A DNA stretch of 64,000 nucleotides from an uncultured Bacteroidales bacterium. Lineage in GTDB: Bacteria > Bacteroidota > Bacteroidia > Bacteroidales > Paludibacteraceae. The notes beneath the pieces were generated by a model that worked only from the letters and a program-made list of their open reading frames with translations, searched no databases and was not told the DNA's origin. Shown here one piece after another: positions 51,180 through 62,562 of this stretch. A program made the position numbers and the translations under genes. The stretch is taken from contig CACYGT010000001.1 in assembly GCA_902774075.1 (NCBI GenBank), forward strand, positions 7,820 to 71,819, in the 5' to 3' direction. Within the stretch, counting starts at the first letter, position 1. Each line of letters opens with the position of its first letter.

Positions 51180-52846
51180 GAAAAAGTTTACTGATAATTG
51201 CACTCGTATTACCCTTAGCAGCATTCGCTTGCACTAATTTTGTAGTAGGCAAGGACGCTTCCTCTGACGGCTCCACGATCCTCTCTTATGCAGCCGACTC
51301 GTATGGCATGTTCGGTTTCCTGCATTTTGCGCCGGCACAAGACTGGCCCGAAGGAGCGATGCGTGAAGTCAAAGACTGGGATACCGGACGTCCTCAAGGC
51401 GTTATACCGCAAGTAGCCCACACATATACCGTAGTAGGTAACATGAATGAGAACCAGGTGGCTATCGGTGAGACCACATGGGGTGGTCGAGAAGAACTCT
51501 GGGACACTGTCGGAGTGGACTACGGAAGCCTCATCTATATCGCGCTTGAGCGCAGTAAGACCGCTCGCGAAGCCATCGAATGGATGATCACCCTCGTCAA
51601 CGAATACGGCTATGCCTCCGAAGGAGAGTCGTTCTCCATCGGTGACCCCAACGAGGTGTGGATAATGGATCTTATCGGTAAAGGACCGGGACAGAAAGGT
51701 GCTGCATGGGTAGCCGTGCGTATCCCCGATAACGCTATAAGCGGACACGCCAACCAGGCGCGTATCACCACCATCCCGCAAGGCAAAGCCAAACTGACCA
51801 AGGAGCAGAAACGGCTCCAGAAAAAACTCAATTGTATCTGCAACGGCGACTGGATGTACGACAAAAATCTCATCGCTTTCGCACGCGAGAAAGGTTACTT
51901 TTCCGGCGCAGACAAGGACTTCAGTTTCCAGGCTGCTTTTAATCCCTTCGACTTCAGCGGTTTCTATGCCTGTGAGGCACGCGTTTGGTCGTTCTTCAAC
52001 CATTTCAGCACAGACATGGATAAGTACTTCGACTACGCTACTGGCGCTAACTTCCGCGCTACCGAAGGCAAAGACGAAGGCGAGCATATGCCGCTCTGGA
52101 TCATCCCGAACAAGAAAGTGAGTGTGCAAGATATAAAAGAGTGTATGCGTGACGAGTATAAAGGTACGCCGCTCGATATCACCCAAGGCACTGATGCCGG
52201 ACCGTGGAACAGCAAACTGCGTTTCGGTGGTCTGGGTTTCCAACTGGACTCTACCCAATATTGGTACGAACGTCCTGTAGCTACCCAGCAGACCGCATGG
52301 TCTTTCGTGGCACAGATGCGTCGCGACAAACGCGGTATCTTCTGGTTTGGTGTGGACGACGCGGCATGTAGCTGCTACGCGCCGATGTACTGCTGTATCA
52401 ACCATGTGCCTGAGTGCTTTGCCGAAGGCAATGGAGACAGTTATACTTTTTCCCCGACGAGCGCTTGGTGGACCTTCAACCTCGTCGCTAACTGGGCATA
52501 CACCAAGTACAGCCGCATGTACCCGCATATCCGCGAGCAACAGCAGGCTTGGGACGATAAGTTCAACACCCAGATAGCAGGTGTAGATGAGCAAGCGGCG
52601 CAACTCAACGAAGAGGAGGCACGTGAGTTCCTCACTTCTTACTCCTGCTCGCAGGCAGAGAACCTCGTGGCCGATTGGCAGCGACTCTATATCTACCTTG
52701 TTACCAAGTTCATTGATGGCCAGGAGCGCAAGGAAGAGAACGGACAGTTCAAACGCAATCCGTACGGTAACAGCTGCGGACCGAACCGTCTGCCTCTGCC
52801 GGAGAAAGAGCTGCGCCGCATCGCACCCGAGATCAATCACGAATAA
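51176..52846 (+). CDS. C69-family (Ntn) dipeptidase
   Basis: 556 aa. Signal peptide, then the nucleophile Cys in ACTNFVVGKDASSDGSTILSYAADS. ATGA overlap with the upstream gene. Confidence 0.85.
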   Translation: MRKSLLIIALVLPLAAFACTNFVVGKDASSDGSTILSYAADSYGMFGFLHFAPAQDWPEGAMREVKDWDTGRPQGVIPQVAHTYTVVGNMNENQVAIGETTWGGREELWDTVGVDYGSLIYIALERSKTAREAIEWMITLVNEYGYASEGESFSIGDPNEVWIMDLIGKGPGQKGAAWVAVRIPDNAISGHANQARITTIPQGKAKLTKEQKRLQKKLNCICNGDWMYDKNLIAFAREKGYFSGADKDFSFQAAFNPFDFSGFYACEARVWSFFNHFSTDMDKYFDYATGANFRATEGKDEGEHMPLWIIPNKKVSVQDIKECMRDEYKGTPLDITQGTDAGPWNSKLRFGGLGFQLDSTQYWYERPVATQQTAWSFVAQMRRDKRGIFWFGVDDAACSCYAPMYCCINHVPECFAEGNGDSYTFSPTSAWWTFNLVANWAYTKYSRMYPHIREQQQAWDDKFNTQIAGVDEQAAQLNEEEAREFLTSYSCSQAENLVADWQRLYIYLVTKFIDGQERKEENGQFKRNPYGNSCGPNRLPLPEKELRRIAPEINHE

Positions 52847-52862
52847 TTAAAATTTCATACAT

Positions 52863-53318
52863 ATGATACTGGACAAATTAGAGAACGCCGATTGGTATTA
52901 CGACAGCGTTCCGGGCTTGAAAGAGTTCATGAAGTTCTTCCAAGAGAACGACCTCGAAGAATTACCTGCATGTAAGATCTACCTGGATGGTAATGACTTG
53001 ATTGTCAACATCAATGACTTTAAAGGCAAGGAGGAATCCAAATGCCGTATGGAGGCGCACAAAGACTACCTGGACATCCAGATTCCGCTGGGTGACGATG
53101 AGATTATGGGTTGGAAAGCACAAGTGGACTGCCAAGATGTGACCCAAGAGTATGACGAAGGCAAAGACGTGGAGTTCTACGGTGACAAAGCAACCGCCAA
53201 GTTCACTGTGCCTGCCGGACACTTCGCAGTCTTCTTCCCCTCCGACGCCCACCAACCGGGTATCGCACCGGGCAAAGAGTACCGCAAGATCATCGTCAAA
53301 GCAAGAGTGAATAACTAA
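52863..53318 (+). CDS. YhcH/YjgK/YiaL (EbgC-like, DUF386) family protein
   Basis: 151 aa. MILDKLENADWY..., HKDYLDIQIPLGDDE, FAVFFPSDAHQP. Confidence 0.8.
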   Translation: MILDKLENADWYYDSVPGLKEFMKFFQENDLEELPACKIYLDGNDLIVNINDFKGKEESKCRMEAHKDYLDIQIPLGDDEIMGWKAQVDCQDVTQEYDEGKDVEFYGDKATAKFTVPAGHFAVFFPSDAHQPGIAPGKEYRKIIVKARVNN

Positions 53319-53334
53319 AAAAATCTATACTACC

Positions 53335-55395
53335 ATGGCAACCAAGAAAGAAAAACACTTAAGAATCGTAGAGCGCGACCCGTATCTGCAGCCCTACGAA
53401 GGAGCGTTGCAAGCACGCGCAGAGTACGCCGCTCGTAAGGAGCAAGAGATAACAGGCGGCCAAGCCCTCAGCGAGTGGGCGACCGGCTATCTGTATTTTG
53501 GTCTCCACCATACCCCCGAAGGATGGGTACTGCGTGAGTGGGCGCCGAATGCGACCGCCATCTATATAAAGGGCGATATGAACAACTGGCAAAAAGACGA
53601 GGCTTATCGTCTCCAACCCATCGGTAACGGTGTGTGGGAAGCCAAACTGCCGGAAGAGGCTATCAAGCACGAGCAGCTCTATAAGCTCCTTGTGGAGTGG
53701 AACGGCGGCTACGGAGAGCGTATCCCGTCTTATGTGCGCCGCGTCGTACAGGACGAGCAGACCAAGATCTTCTCCGCACAGGTGTGGAACGAACCCGAGT
53801 ACCAGTGGAAAAACCGCGGTAAGAAGTTCAAGGAGAAAGGCGGTCTTTATATCTACGAATGCCATATCGGTATGTCGTCTGAGCAGGAGAAAGTGAACTC
53901 TTACGAGGAGTTCCGTCGCGACGTATTACCGCGTATCGCCGAACTGGGCTATAACTGCATCCAGATCATGGCCATCCAAGAGCACCCCTACTACGGCTCC
54001 TTTGGATACCATGTATCCAATTTCTTCGCAGCCTCCAGCCGTTTCGGTACGCCGAATGAACTCAAGGCGTTGATAGACGACGCCCATGGTCGTGGTATTC
54101 ATGTCATCATGGATCTCGTGCACAGCCATGCAGTAAAGAACGAACTCGAGGGCCTCGGCAATTTCGACGGCACGCCCTATCAGTATTTCCATGACGGCGC
54201 ACGCCGTGAGCACCCGGCTTGGGACTCCCTCTGCTTCAACTACGGCAAGAACGAAGTGCTGCATTTCCTACTCTCCAACTGTAAGTTCTGGCTCGACGAG
54301 TATGACTTCGACGGTTTCCGTTTCGACGGCGTGACCTCGATGATCTACCGTAGTCACGGTCTGGGCGAGGACTTCAACGGCTATCCTTCGTACTTCAGCG
54401 GTAACGAGGACGGCGACGCGCTGATGTATCTAACGCTCGCCAACAAGGTCATCCACGAAGTAAAACCGGAGGCCATCACGATCGCCGAAGAGATGTCCGG
54501 TATGCCGGGCCTCGCTGCGTCTATCGAAGACGGCGGTATCGGCTTTGACTACCGCCTTGCGATGGGTATCCCCGATTTCTGGATCAAGTATATCAAAGAG
54601 GTTAAGGACGAAGACTGGAAAGCCGGACATATCCTCTATGAGATGACGAACCGCCGCGAGGACGAGAAGACCATCTCGTATGCCGAGTCGCATGACCAGG
54701 CACTGGTTGGCGACAAGACCATCATCTTCCGCCTCGTGGACGCTGACATGTACTGGCATTTCGAGCACGGTCACTCTACCTACATGGCCGACCGCGGAAT
54801 CGCGCTCCATAAGATGATCCGCCTCATCACGGCGTCCACCATCAACGGAGGATACCTCACCTTCATGGGTAATGAGTTCGGTCACCCCGAATGGATCGAT
54901 TTCCCGCGTGAGGGTAACGGCTGGAGCTACAAGTACGCTCGTCGTCAATGGAGCCTCGTGGACAACCCCAACTATTTCTTCGCGGACCTCAACCGCTTCG
55001 ACGAGGCGATGATTCATCTCCTGAAGAAACATATCCTCACGCAAGCTCCGACGGCCGAAGAGAAGAAGTACAACGTCGGCAAACACCTGCCGTGGGTAAT
55101 GAAATGGTGGGATAACGAAGGTGATCAAGTCGTGGCTTACCAGCGTAACGACCTCCTGTTTATCTTCAACTGGAACGGCCAAAAGTCCTTCCCCGACTAC
55201 GGTATCCTTGTGCCGGAAGGTAAGTACAAAGTGGTACTCAATACCGACGATCCGAAGTTCGCCGGTTTCGGCCTCGCAGACGACTCCGTAGAGCACCTAA
55301 CCCAGTACGACCCGCTCTATCAGAAGGACGGTAAGGGCTGGCTCAAGATGTACCTCCCTGCACGTAGTGCAGTCGTATTACAAAAAATTGATTAA
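53335..55395 (+). CDS. glgB: 1,4-alpha-glucan branching enzyme (GH13, eukaryote-like type)
   Basis: 686 aa. GH13 regions HVIMDLVHSH, GFRFDGVTSM, IAEEMSG, YAESHDQ. Confidence 0.85.
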   Translation: MATKKEKHLRIVERDPYLQPYEGALQARAEYAARKEQEITGGQALSEWATGYLYFGLHHTPEGWVLREWAPNATAIYIKGDMNNWQKDEAYRLQPIGNGVWEAKLPEEAIKHEQLYKLLVEWNGGYGERIPSYVRRVVQDEQTKIFSAQVWNEPEYQWKNRGKKFKEKGGLYIYECHIGMSSEQEKVNSYEEFRRDVLPRIAELGYNCIQIMAIQEHPYYGSFGYHVSNFFAASSRFGTPNELKALIDDAHGRGIHVIMDLVHSHAVKNELEGLGNFDGTPYQYFHDGARREHPAWDSLCFNYGKNEVLHFLLSNCKFWLDEYDFDGFRFDGVTSMIYRSHGLGEDFNGYPSYFSGNEDGDALMYLTLANKVIHEVKPEAITIAEEMSGMPGLAASIEDGGIGFDYRLAMGIPDFWIKYIKEVKDEDWKAGHILYEMTNRREDEKTISYAESHDQALVGDKTIIFRLVDADMYWHFEHGHSTYMADRGIALHKMIRLITASTINGGYLTFMGNEFGHPEWIDFPREGNGWSYKYARRQWSLVDNPNYFFADLNRFDEAMIHLLKKHILTQAPTAEEKKYNVGKHLPWVMKWWDNEGDQVVAYQRNDLLFIFNWNGQKSFPDYGILVPEGKYKVVLNTDDPKFAGFGLADDSVEHLTQYDPLYQKDGKGWLKMYLPARSAVVLQKID

Positions 55396-55396
55396 T

Positions 55397-56164
55397 ATGA
55401 AAAAATATGTAATGATCATAGCAGCTGTGCTGATGATGGCAAGCTGCGCAAAGAAACAACAGTACGCGGACGTGAAGCCTACATTCGAAGGCATGTGTCA
55501 ACGTCTCGAGAGCACGTATGAGTCGGCGCAAACACCTGAAGAAGAAAAACAGATTGCGCAGACCTTCATAGATTCTGTCTATCTCTTATTGGACGAGAAC
55601 ATGGGGGCTCCCTATACCGACACGCTTTTCTCGATGATGTTTGGTGCCTTTAGCATGGAGCAGCGTCAGGCTTTGTTTGACAAGATGCCGTTGGACATGA
55701 AGGAGAGTGAATTGATCAAACCGGCCTATGAGAACTTCCTTATACAAGTGCAGACAAGTTCAGGCCAATTCATCGACTTCACCGCTGTGACTCCTGAAGG
55801 CAACGAACTGTCCCTCAGCGACCTCGTCGGCAAAACCGACTACGTCCTTGTGGATTTCTGGGCCTCTTGGTGTGGCCCTTGCCGTCGTCTGATCCCGGTC
55901 CTCAAAGAGATCTATGCCGGCCTGCCTGATGGTCGTCTGCAGATCTTCAGCTGTTCTGTGGACCAAGACAAAGCCGCTTGGCTGCAGGCCCTCGACGAGG
56001 AACAAATGCCTTGGCCGCAAGCACGTGAGGACGAAGCACATGAGTGTTCCGACAAATATGGGGTACAGTATATCCCTTATACCATCCTCATTGACCGTGA
56101 CGGCCATATCGTCGGCATCAACCTCGAAGAGCCCGAGATAGAAGAAATACTTTTAGGAGAATAA
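55397..56164 (+). CDS. TlpA/ResA-like thioredoxin-fold lipoprotein (thiol-disulfide oxidoreductase)
   Basis: Start [17 protein letters not shown] (lipobox). Active site WASWCGPC. The ORF-track start at 55367 overlaps glgB and is rejected. Confidence 0.85.
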   Translation: MKKYVMIIAAVLMMASCAKKQQYADVKPTFEGMCQRLESTYESAQTPEEEKQIAQTFIDSVYLLLDENMGAPYTDTLFSMMFGAFSMEQRQALFDKMPLDMKESELIKPAYENFLIQVQTSSGQFIDFTAVTPEGNELSLSDLVGKTDYVLVDFWASWCGPCRRLIPVLKEIYAGLPDGRLQIFSCSVDQDKAAWLQALDEEQMPWPQAREDEAHECSDKYGVQYIPYTILIDRDGHIVGINLEEPEIEEILLGE

Positions 56165-56180
56165 AAAATACACAACAACA

Positions 56181-56990
56181 ATGAGAGTAATTATTGAACC
56201 TTCGTATGACCTGCTCAGTCAGTGGGCTGCGAATTATGTAGCAAAACGTATCAATGAGTTTGATCCCAAAGAGAGCAAACCCTTCGTATTGGGTCTCCCG
56301 ACCGGCTCGTCACCGCTGGGTATGTACCGTGCGCTCATCGAACTCAACAAAGCCGGTAGGGTATCCTTCCGCAATGTGGTTACCTTTAATATGGACGAGT
56401 ATGTCAACCTGCCCGAAGAGCATCCTGAGAGCTATCATAGCTTTATGTGGAATAATTTCTTCTCGCATATTGATATCCGCAAGGAGAACGTCAATATCCT
56501 TAACGGTAATGCTCCCGACCTCGCAGCCGAGTGTGCACGTTACGAGCAGAAAATCAAAGATATAGGTGGTATCCATCTCTTCCTCGGCGGTATCGGTCCG
56601 GACGGACATATCGCGTTCAACGAACCGGGTTCATCGCTCACTAGCCGCACCCGTAAGAAAGAGCTTACCACCGATACCATCATCGCTAACAGCCGTTTCT
56701 TCGATAACGATGTGAATAAAGTGCCCAAGACGGCCCTCACCGTAGGTGTAGGTACGGTCATGGACGCCAAAGAGGTGCTCATCATGGTCAACGGCCACAA
56801 CAAAGCACGTGCCCTCCAGCATGCTATCGAGGAGCCGATCAGCCACATGTGGACCGTTTCTGCACTTCAGATGCACCAACACGGTATCATCGTCTGCGAC
56901 GAAGCTGCTTGCGAGGAACTCAAAGTGGGTACCTTCAACTACTTCAAGGACATCGAGCGTAATAACTTAGATCCGAAAACATTGTTATAA
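56181..56990 (+). CDS. nagB: Glucosamine-6-phosphate deaminase
   Basis: 269 aa. [39 protein letters not shown]. Confidence 0.95.
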   Translation: MRVIIEPSYDLLSQWAANYVAKRINEFDPKESKPFVLGLPTGSSPLGMYRALIELNKAGRVSFRNVVTFNMDEYVNLPEEHPESYHSFMWNNFFSHIDIRKENVNILNGNAPDLAAECARYEQKIKDIGGIHLFLGGIGPDGHIAFNEPGSSLTSRTRKKELTTDTIIANSRFFDNDVNKVPKTALTVGVGTVMDAKEVLIMVNGHNKARALQHAIEEPISHMWTVSALQMHQHGIIVCDEAACEELKVGTFNYFKDIERNNLDPKTLL

Positions 56991-58453
56991 TGCTGGAGAT
57001 TTATAATTCATTATCGCGATTCAAGGAAACGTTCAAGCCGTTACATGAAGGACACGTAGGCATGTATGTCTGCGGTCCTACCGTGTACGGTGATGCCCAC
57101 CTGGGACATGCACGCCCGGCGATCACGTTTGACCTCCTCTACCGCTATCTGCAGTACTTAGGTTATAAGGTACGCTACGTGCGTAACATCACCGATGTGG
57201 GTCACCTCGAGCATGATGCAGATGAAGGCGAGGATAAGATTGCCAAGAAAGCACGACTCGAGCAACTCGAACCGATGGAGGTAGTGCAGTATTACACCAA
57301 CCGTTATCATCGTGACATGGCCGCGCTGAACGTGCTTCCGCCGTCTATCGAACCGCACGCTTCAGGTCATATCATTGAGCAGATAGCGTTCGTACAAAAG
57401 ATTCTGGATAAAGGCTATGCCTACGTTTCCAACGGATCGGTTTATATGGACGTAGAGAAATACGCCAAAGACTATCCGTACGGCAAACTCTCCGGACGAA
57501 ACCTCAATGATATCGTTACCGAGACCCGCGAACTGGACGGACAGGATGAGAAAAAGCACAGTTATGACTTCGCCCTCTGGAAGAAAGCGGCACCCGAGCA
57601 TATCATGCACTGGCCCTCTCCCTGGTCGGAAGGCTTTCCCGGATGGCACATGGAATGCTCCACGATGGGAACGAAGTACCTCGGCGAGAAGTTCGATATC
57701 CACGGCGGTGGACTGGATCTTATCTTCCCGCACCACGAAGCGGAGATCGCGCAGTCTTGTGCTGCACTCGGTCATGAGACCGTGCACTACTGGATGCATA
57801 ACAACATGATCACTATCGCCGGCAAGAAGATGGGTAAGAGTTACAATAACTTCATCACCCTCGAGCAGTTCTTCAAGGGCGACCACCCGCTGCTGTCGAA
57901 ACCTTTCGGACCGATGGTCATTCGTTTCTTCATCCTGCAAGCTCATTACCGCTCGACAGTCGATTTCTCTTCAGAAGCCCTCGAAGCGGCTGAGAAAGGC
58001 CTCCAGCGTATGCAAGAGGCGTATGCACGTCTGCAGAAGCTGCAGGCAGGCAAAGAAACGACCGTGGAGATAGAAGGTCTGCGCCAGCGTTGTATGGACG
58101 CTATGGATGATGACCTCAACACGCCGTTTGTGATTGCAGCGCTCTTCGATTCCACCCGTGCTATCAACACCGTCTATGACGGTAAGGGTACGATCTCTGA
58201 AGCCGACCTTAAGGAACTGCGCGAAGTATGGAAGACTTTCGCTATCGACATCTTAGGTCTGCGCCTCGAAGAGCAAGGCGGGGATGCCGGCAAGCAGAAA
58301 GCCTTCAACGGCGCGATCGACCTGCTGCTCGGTATTCGTTTGCAAGCCAAGCAGAACAAAGACTGGACTACATCCGATAAGATCCGTAATGAACTGACTG
58401 CTCTCGGTTTCCAAATCAAGGATACCAAAGACGGCTTTGAGTGGAGCATCTGA
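56990..58453 (+). CDS. cysS: Cysteinyl-tRNA synthetase
   Basis: 487 aa. [18 protein letters not shown] (HIGH-type), HMEC, KMGKS. TAATG overlap with the nagB stop. Confidence 0.95.
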   Translation: MLEIYNSLSRFKETFKPLHEGHVGMYVCGPTVYGDAHLGHARPAITFDLLYRYLQYLGYKVRYVRNITDVGHLEHDADEGEDKIAKKARLEQLEPMEVVQYYTNRYHRDMAALNVLPPSIEPHASGHIIEQIAFVQKILDKGYAYVSNGSVYMDVEKYAKDYPYGKLSGRNLNDIVTETRELDGQDEKKHSYDFALWKKAAPEHIMHWPSPWSEGFPGWHMECSTMGTKYLGEKFDIHGGGLDLIFPHHEAEIAQSCAALGHETVHYWMHNNMITIAGKKMGKSYNNFITLEQFFKGDHPLLSKPFGPMVIRFFILQAHYRSTVDFSSEALEAAEKGLQRMQEAYARLQKLQAGKETTVEIEGLRQRCMDAMDDDLNTPFVIAALFDSTRAINTVYDGKGTISEADLKELREVWKTFAIDILGLRLEEQGGDAGKQKAFNGAIDLLLGIRLQAKQNKDWTTSDKIRNELTALGFQIKDTKDGFEWSI

Positions 58454-58454
58454 G

Positions 58455-59459
58455 ATGCTATGCGATAATATACATAGTGCCTTAGCTCCATTCCTTGCTC
58501 GATATGAGCAAGTGTGCGTTGTGGCCGATGAGGTGCTGACGATTCCGGATTGGCCGTTTCCAACCCTGCGCATGCGCGTGAGCGAAGAAACCAAAAGTAT
58601 CGATTCTATCGAACAAATATGGGACTTCTTCTTGTCGAACGGACTCACGCGTAAGGGTCTTGTGATCGCTATAGGCGGAGGCGTGCTTACCGATATGGTA
58701 GGCTTTGCCTCCGCCACATATAAACGTGGTGTTGATTATATCAATATCCCCACCTCCTTGCTGGCTATGGTGGATGCTTCCACGGGCGGTAAAACCGGCA
58801 TCAACCACCGTGGCATCAAGAATAGTATCGGCGCCTTCCACGCCCCTATAGAGACACTCATCTGCCCGCAATGGTTAAACACTCTGCCTCCGCAACAGTT
58901 CCTCAGCGGCTTCGGAGAGATGCTGAAAATGGGACTGATAGTGAACGGTGAAAAGTTATGGGACGCATTGCTGCAATATGATCTGGACAGGATGGATGTA
59001 AAAACGCTTACTCCTCTGATAAACTCGTGCGTACGCGCGAAAGAGGAGATAGTAGCGGCTGATCCGCACGAAGAAGGGCTGCGTAAAGTCCTTAATTTCG
59101 GTCACACCTTTGGTCACGCCTTAGAAGAATTAAGCCTTACAGGGAAAGCCGGCCTCTTACATGGCTACGCTGTGGTCTATGGACTGATCGCAGAGTTATA
59201 CCTGAGTGTTACCAAACTCGGTTGCCCGCGTGAACCGTTACAACAGCTCACGCAACTCATGCTGCATTATTACGGCAAACCGCAATGTAAGTGCACAGAC
59301 CGCGAGCGTCTCATTGCGCTCATGCAACAAGACAAAAAAAATGAGCGTGCTGCTGAAATCAACTGCACACTCATCAAGAACATCGGTTCGCCGCTTATCA
59401 ATCAAGTCATCTCGACTGACGAAGCCAACGAATCGCTCGATTATTTGTTCTCGCTGTAA
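58455..59459 (+). CDS. aroB: 3-dehydroquinate synthase
   Basis: GGGVLTDMVGFASATYKRGVDYINIPTSLLAMVDASTGGKTGIN, FGHTFGHALE. The start is taken as MLCDNIH one nt after the cysS stop; an alternative ATG is at 58437. Confidence 0.9.
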   Translation: MLCDNIHSALAPFLARYEQVCVVADEVLTIPDWPFPTLRMRVSEETKSIDSIEQIWDFFLSNGLTRKGLVIAIGGGVLTDMVGFASATYKRGVDYINIPTSLLAMVDASTGGKTGINHRGIKNSIGAFHAPIETLICPQWLNTLPPQQFLSGFGEMLKMGLIVNGEKLWDALLQYDLDRMDVKTLTPLINSCVRAKEEIVAADPHEEGLRKVLNFGHTFGHALEELSLTGKAGLLHGYAVVYGLIAELYLSVTKLGCPREPLQQLTQLMLHYYGKPQCKCTDRERLIALMQQDKKNERAAEINCTLIKNIGSPLINQVISTDEANESLDYLFSL

Positions 59460-60373
59460 GCCGCTACGATATGTTTCACGAGCGGGTGGCGTACGATATC
59501 TTTCTCGTTGAATTCGATGATTTTTATACCTTTGATGCCTTTGAATCGCTCCATGGCATCCTTCAAACCGGACTTCTGAGTCGGCGGTAGATCTATCTGC
59601 GTCATATCGCCCGTCACAATCATCTTACCACCAAAACCAAGTCGGGTAAGGAACATCTTCAACTGCAGAGCCGTGGTGTTCTGCGCCTCGTCTAGAATAA
59701 CCACCGCATCGGAGAGTGTACGACCACGCATGAAAGCCAACGGCGCTATCTGAATCGTCCCTTTCTCCATGTATTCCGTCAACTTAGCTGCAGGAATCAT
59801 ATCCTGTAGCGCATCGTAGAGCGGTTGCAGATACGGATCTATCTTCTCTTTCATATCACCGGGCAGGAATCCCAGTTTCTCTCCGGCTTCTACAGCAGGA
59901 CGCGAAAGGATGATACGTCTCACTTCTCGGTTCTTCAGTGCCCGTACTGCCAAAGCAATCGCCGTATAAGTCTTACCGCTACCGGCCGGTCCTACTGCAA
60001 AAAGCAGGTCATTCTCTTCGTATGCCTTCACCAGCGCCTGTTGGTTGGTTGAACGGGCATAGATAGACTTACCGTTCACACCGTGCAGAATCAGATTATC
60101 GGTGGCCTGTTCCTGCGGCTTATCGCCATGCAAAAGCATGAGTATATCCTGCTCTGTCAAACGATTATTACGGATACAGAAGTTCTCACACAGATGCAGC
60201 GATTTCTCAAAACTCTCAATCGCTTTCTCCGCACCCGTCACTTTGACTTGGTATCCGCGCGCGACCACACGCACGTCAGGATGCTGGTTCTTAAGGCAAA
60301 GGATATTGTTGTTGTTCACGCCGTAGAACGTCGGCGTATCTAAAGAATCATGAAGCGTGATTATATATTCCAT
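59441..60373 (-). CDS. phoH: PhoH-family ATPase (PhoH-like / YbeZ)
   Basis: 310 aa. Walker A GPAGSGKTYTAIALAV, DEAQN, GDMTQIDLP. Confidence 0.9.
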   Translation of the reverse strand: MEYIITLHDSLDTPTFYGVNNNNILCLKNQHPDVRVVARGYQVKVTGAEKAIESFEKSLHLCENFCIRNNRLTEQDILMLLHGDKPQEQATDNLILHGVNGKSIYARSTNQQALVKAYEENDLLFAVGPAGSGKTYTAIALAVRALKNREVRRIILSRPAVEAGEKLGFLPGDMKEKIDPYLQPLYDALQDMIPAAKLTEYMEKGTIQIAPLAFMRGRTLSDAVVILDEAQNTTALQLKMFLTRLGFGGKMIVTGDMTQIDLPPTQKSGLKDAMERFKGIKGIKIIEFNEKDIVRHPLVKHIVAAYSENK

Positions 60374-60390
60374 CTAAAAGGATCGTATTT

Positions 60391-61746
60391 TTAATTCTTG
60401 ATAAGCATTCGGAATGCATCCGTTACTTTCTTAACCGACACTATCTCAATATCAAATCGTTTTGGGTCTATCTTCTGCTCTGCAGGGATCATGATGCGTC
60501 TAAAGCCCAGTTTCTGCGCCTCAGCAATACGCTGCTCTATGCGGTTGACCGAACGTATCTCACCCGCCAGCCCTACTTCTCCGCACAGACAAGTACCGGC
60601 ATCGAGTGCGATGTCCATATTACTGCTCAGCACAGCCGCCAATACCGCCAAGTCAATAGCCGGATCGTCTACCCGCAAGCCTCCGGCGATATTGAGGAAC
60701 ACATCTTTCTGGAGCAGTTTAAAACCTACACGTTTCTCAAGCACCGCCAGCAACATGTTGAGTCGTCTGCCGTCAAAACCCGTGGACGAACGTTGCGGAG
60801 TACCATAGGCAGCACTGGATACCAAGGCTTGCACCTCGATCAAGAATGGTCGTACACCTTCCACAGCTGCCGCTATCGCAATACCCGACAAGCCCTCACG
60901 TGCGGTAGAGAGTAGCAACTCCGACGGGTTCGTCACTTCGCGCAAGCCCTCTTGACGCATCTCATAGATACCAATCTCGGACGTCGAACCGAAGCGGTTC
61001 TTCTGCGCCCGGAGAATACGGTACATATACTGTTGGTCTCCCTCGAACTGCAGCACCGTATCCACGATATGTTCCAGCACTTTCGGACCGGCCAACGAAC
61101 CTTCTTTATTGATATGCCCGATAATGATAAATGGGATGTTACGCGTTTTAGCGAACTCCAGAATACGTGCGGCGCACTCGCGTACTTGCGTCAGGCTACC
61201 GATAGAAGCTTCCACGGCTTCCGTACCAATCGTCTGTATGGAGTCAATCACCACAATCTCCGGCTCTAACTCTTTGACCTGCTCCAAGATACGTTCCAGC
61301 GAAGTCTCGGAGGAGATGAAGAGGTTCTCTGCATTACCGGCTAAACGTTCAGCGCGTAACTTGATCTGCCGAGCGCTCTCTTCGCCCGAAGCGTAGAACG
61401 TCTTGCGTTCGCCTTGCTGCATAAGCACCTGCAATGCCAGCGTGGACTTGCCAATACCGGGTTCACCTCCTAACAGTACCAGACTGCCGGGAACTAAACC
61501 GCCGCCTAACACACGATTGAACTCGCCGTTACGCATATCCAACCGCATCTCCTCGGTAGCTACCACGTCCTGAAGACGTTGAGGCAATGTACCGGAAGAT
61601 AAACCCTTAACCGCTAACCGTTCACCTTTCACTGTTACTTCCTCCGCATACGTGCCCCATTCACCGCAAACCGGGCAACGACCCAGCATCTGCGGGGCTT
61701 TGGCACCACAGGATGAACAGACATATTGGATAGTTGGCTTTGCCAT
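60391..61746 (-). CDS. radA: DNA repair protein RadA (Sms)
   Basis: 451 aa. Zn finger CSSCG..CPVCG, Walker A GGEPGIGKSTL, KNRFG motif, C-terminal Lon-like domain. Confidence 0.95.
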   Translation of the reverse strand: MAKPTIQYVCSSCGAKAPQMLGRCPVCGEWGTYAEEVTVKGERLAVKGLSSGTLPQRLQDVVATEEMRLDMRNGEFNRVLGGGLVPGSLVLLGGEPGIGKSTLALQVLMQQGERKTFYASGEESARQIKLRAERLAGNAENLFISSETSLERILEQVKELEPEIVVIDSIQTIGTEAVEASIGSLTQVRECAARILEFAKTRNIPFIIIGHINKEGSLAGPKVLEHIVDTVLQFEGDQQYMYRILRAQKNRFGSTSEIGIYEMRQEGLREVTNPSELLLSTAREGLSGIAIAAAVEGVRPFLIEVQALVSSAAYGTPQRSSTGFDGRRLNMLLAVLEKRVGFKLLQKDVFLNIAGGLRVDDPAIDLAVLAAVLSSNMDIALDAGTCLCGEVGLAGEIRSVNRIEQRIAEAQKLGFRRIMIPAEQKIDPKRFDIEIVSVKKVTDAFRMLIKN

Positions 61747-61752
61747 AAAATA

Positions 61753-62562
61753 TCAAATCTCAAATGTCAAATGCTCTTCAGCTAAAACGGTATTGTCAAA
61801 TATCGGTTTGGCTTCATTCAGGAAAAGCGAATGGTCTTCCACGCGTGCTGAGTAATGGCCTAAGATCAGTTTGCCTACGTTGGCTTTCTTAGCAATCATA
61901 GCCGCCTCAGCAGCCGTAGAGTGCATGACTTCTTTACTGCGTACCCCCATCTCGGTCAGGAACGTAGACTCATGATAGAGCGTCTCCACGCCTTCGATGA
62001 TCGGGATGATCTTCTCGGAGTACATCGTATCCGAGCAGTACGCATAACGCTTGCGCGTCACATGGTAGAACGAACCGTCCTCGGCCATCTTACGCCGCGT
62101 CTCCTTGAAGAGAAATCCGCAAGTGGGCACACCATGCTTAAGCGGTATGGTCTCCACACTTACCGTCCGATCTTCAAAGATCACCTCGTGCTTACGCGGA
62201 TTAATCGGATGAAAAACGATATCAAAGAGCCTGTCACCGCAGTGGTAATCCAAGAGCGGTTGGAGCAGTTTCTCCAAGTCTTTATGCGCATAGATATGCA
62301 TCGGCTGCGTACGCTTGAGCATACTCAGGGTACTCAGTAAGCCGATCAGACCGAAACAGTGGTCACCATGCAGGTGCGTGATGAAGATGTTATATAGCCG
62401 CGCAGTACGCAAACCCAGTTTCTGCATCGCCAGTTGTACACCTTCTCCGCAGTCAATGAGAAACGACTTATCGCACAAGTCCAACCACTGTCCCGAGGGG
62501 GACGTGGTCTTCGTCGGCTTGGCGCTTCCGCAGCCTAATATGGTAACCTTCGCTTCGCTCAA
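61753..62562 (-). CDS. rnz: Ribonuclease Z (MBL-fold tRNA 3' endonuclease)
   Basis: 269 aa. VTILGCGSAKP.., FLIDCGEGVQ, ITHLHGDHCFGLIGLLST, and a C-terminal HST..EA metal-ligand region. Confidence 0.75.
   Translation of the reverse strand: MSEAKVTILGCGSAKPTKTTSPSGQWLDLCDKSFLIDCGEGVQLAMQKLGLRTARLYNIFITHLHGDHCFGLIGLLSTLSMLKRTQPMHIYAHKDLEKLLQPLLDYHCGDRLFDIVFHPINPRKHEVIFEDRTVSVETIPLKHGVPTCGFLFKETRRKMAEDGSFYHVTRKRYAYCSDTMYSEKIIPIIEGVETLYHESTFLTEMGVRSKEVMHSTAAEAAMIAKKANVGKLILGHYSARVEDHSLFLNEAKPIFDNTVLAEEHLTFEI

Noticed and set aside
51215-52840. A 541-aa minus-strand ORF spanning the whole C69 dipeptidase gene.
   Set aside because: The + strand product has a signal peptide and the Ntn Cys motif ACTNFVVGKD, and fits the operon (ATGA coupling). 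The antisense product is featureless. It is treated as a codon-bias artefact.
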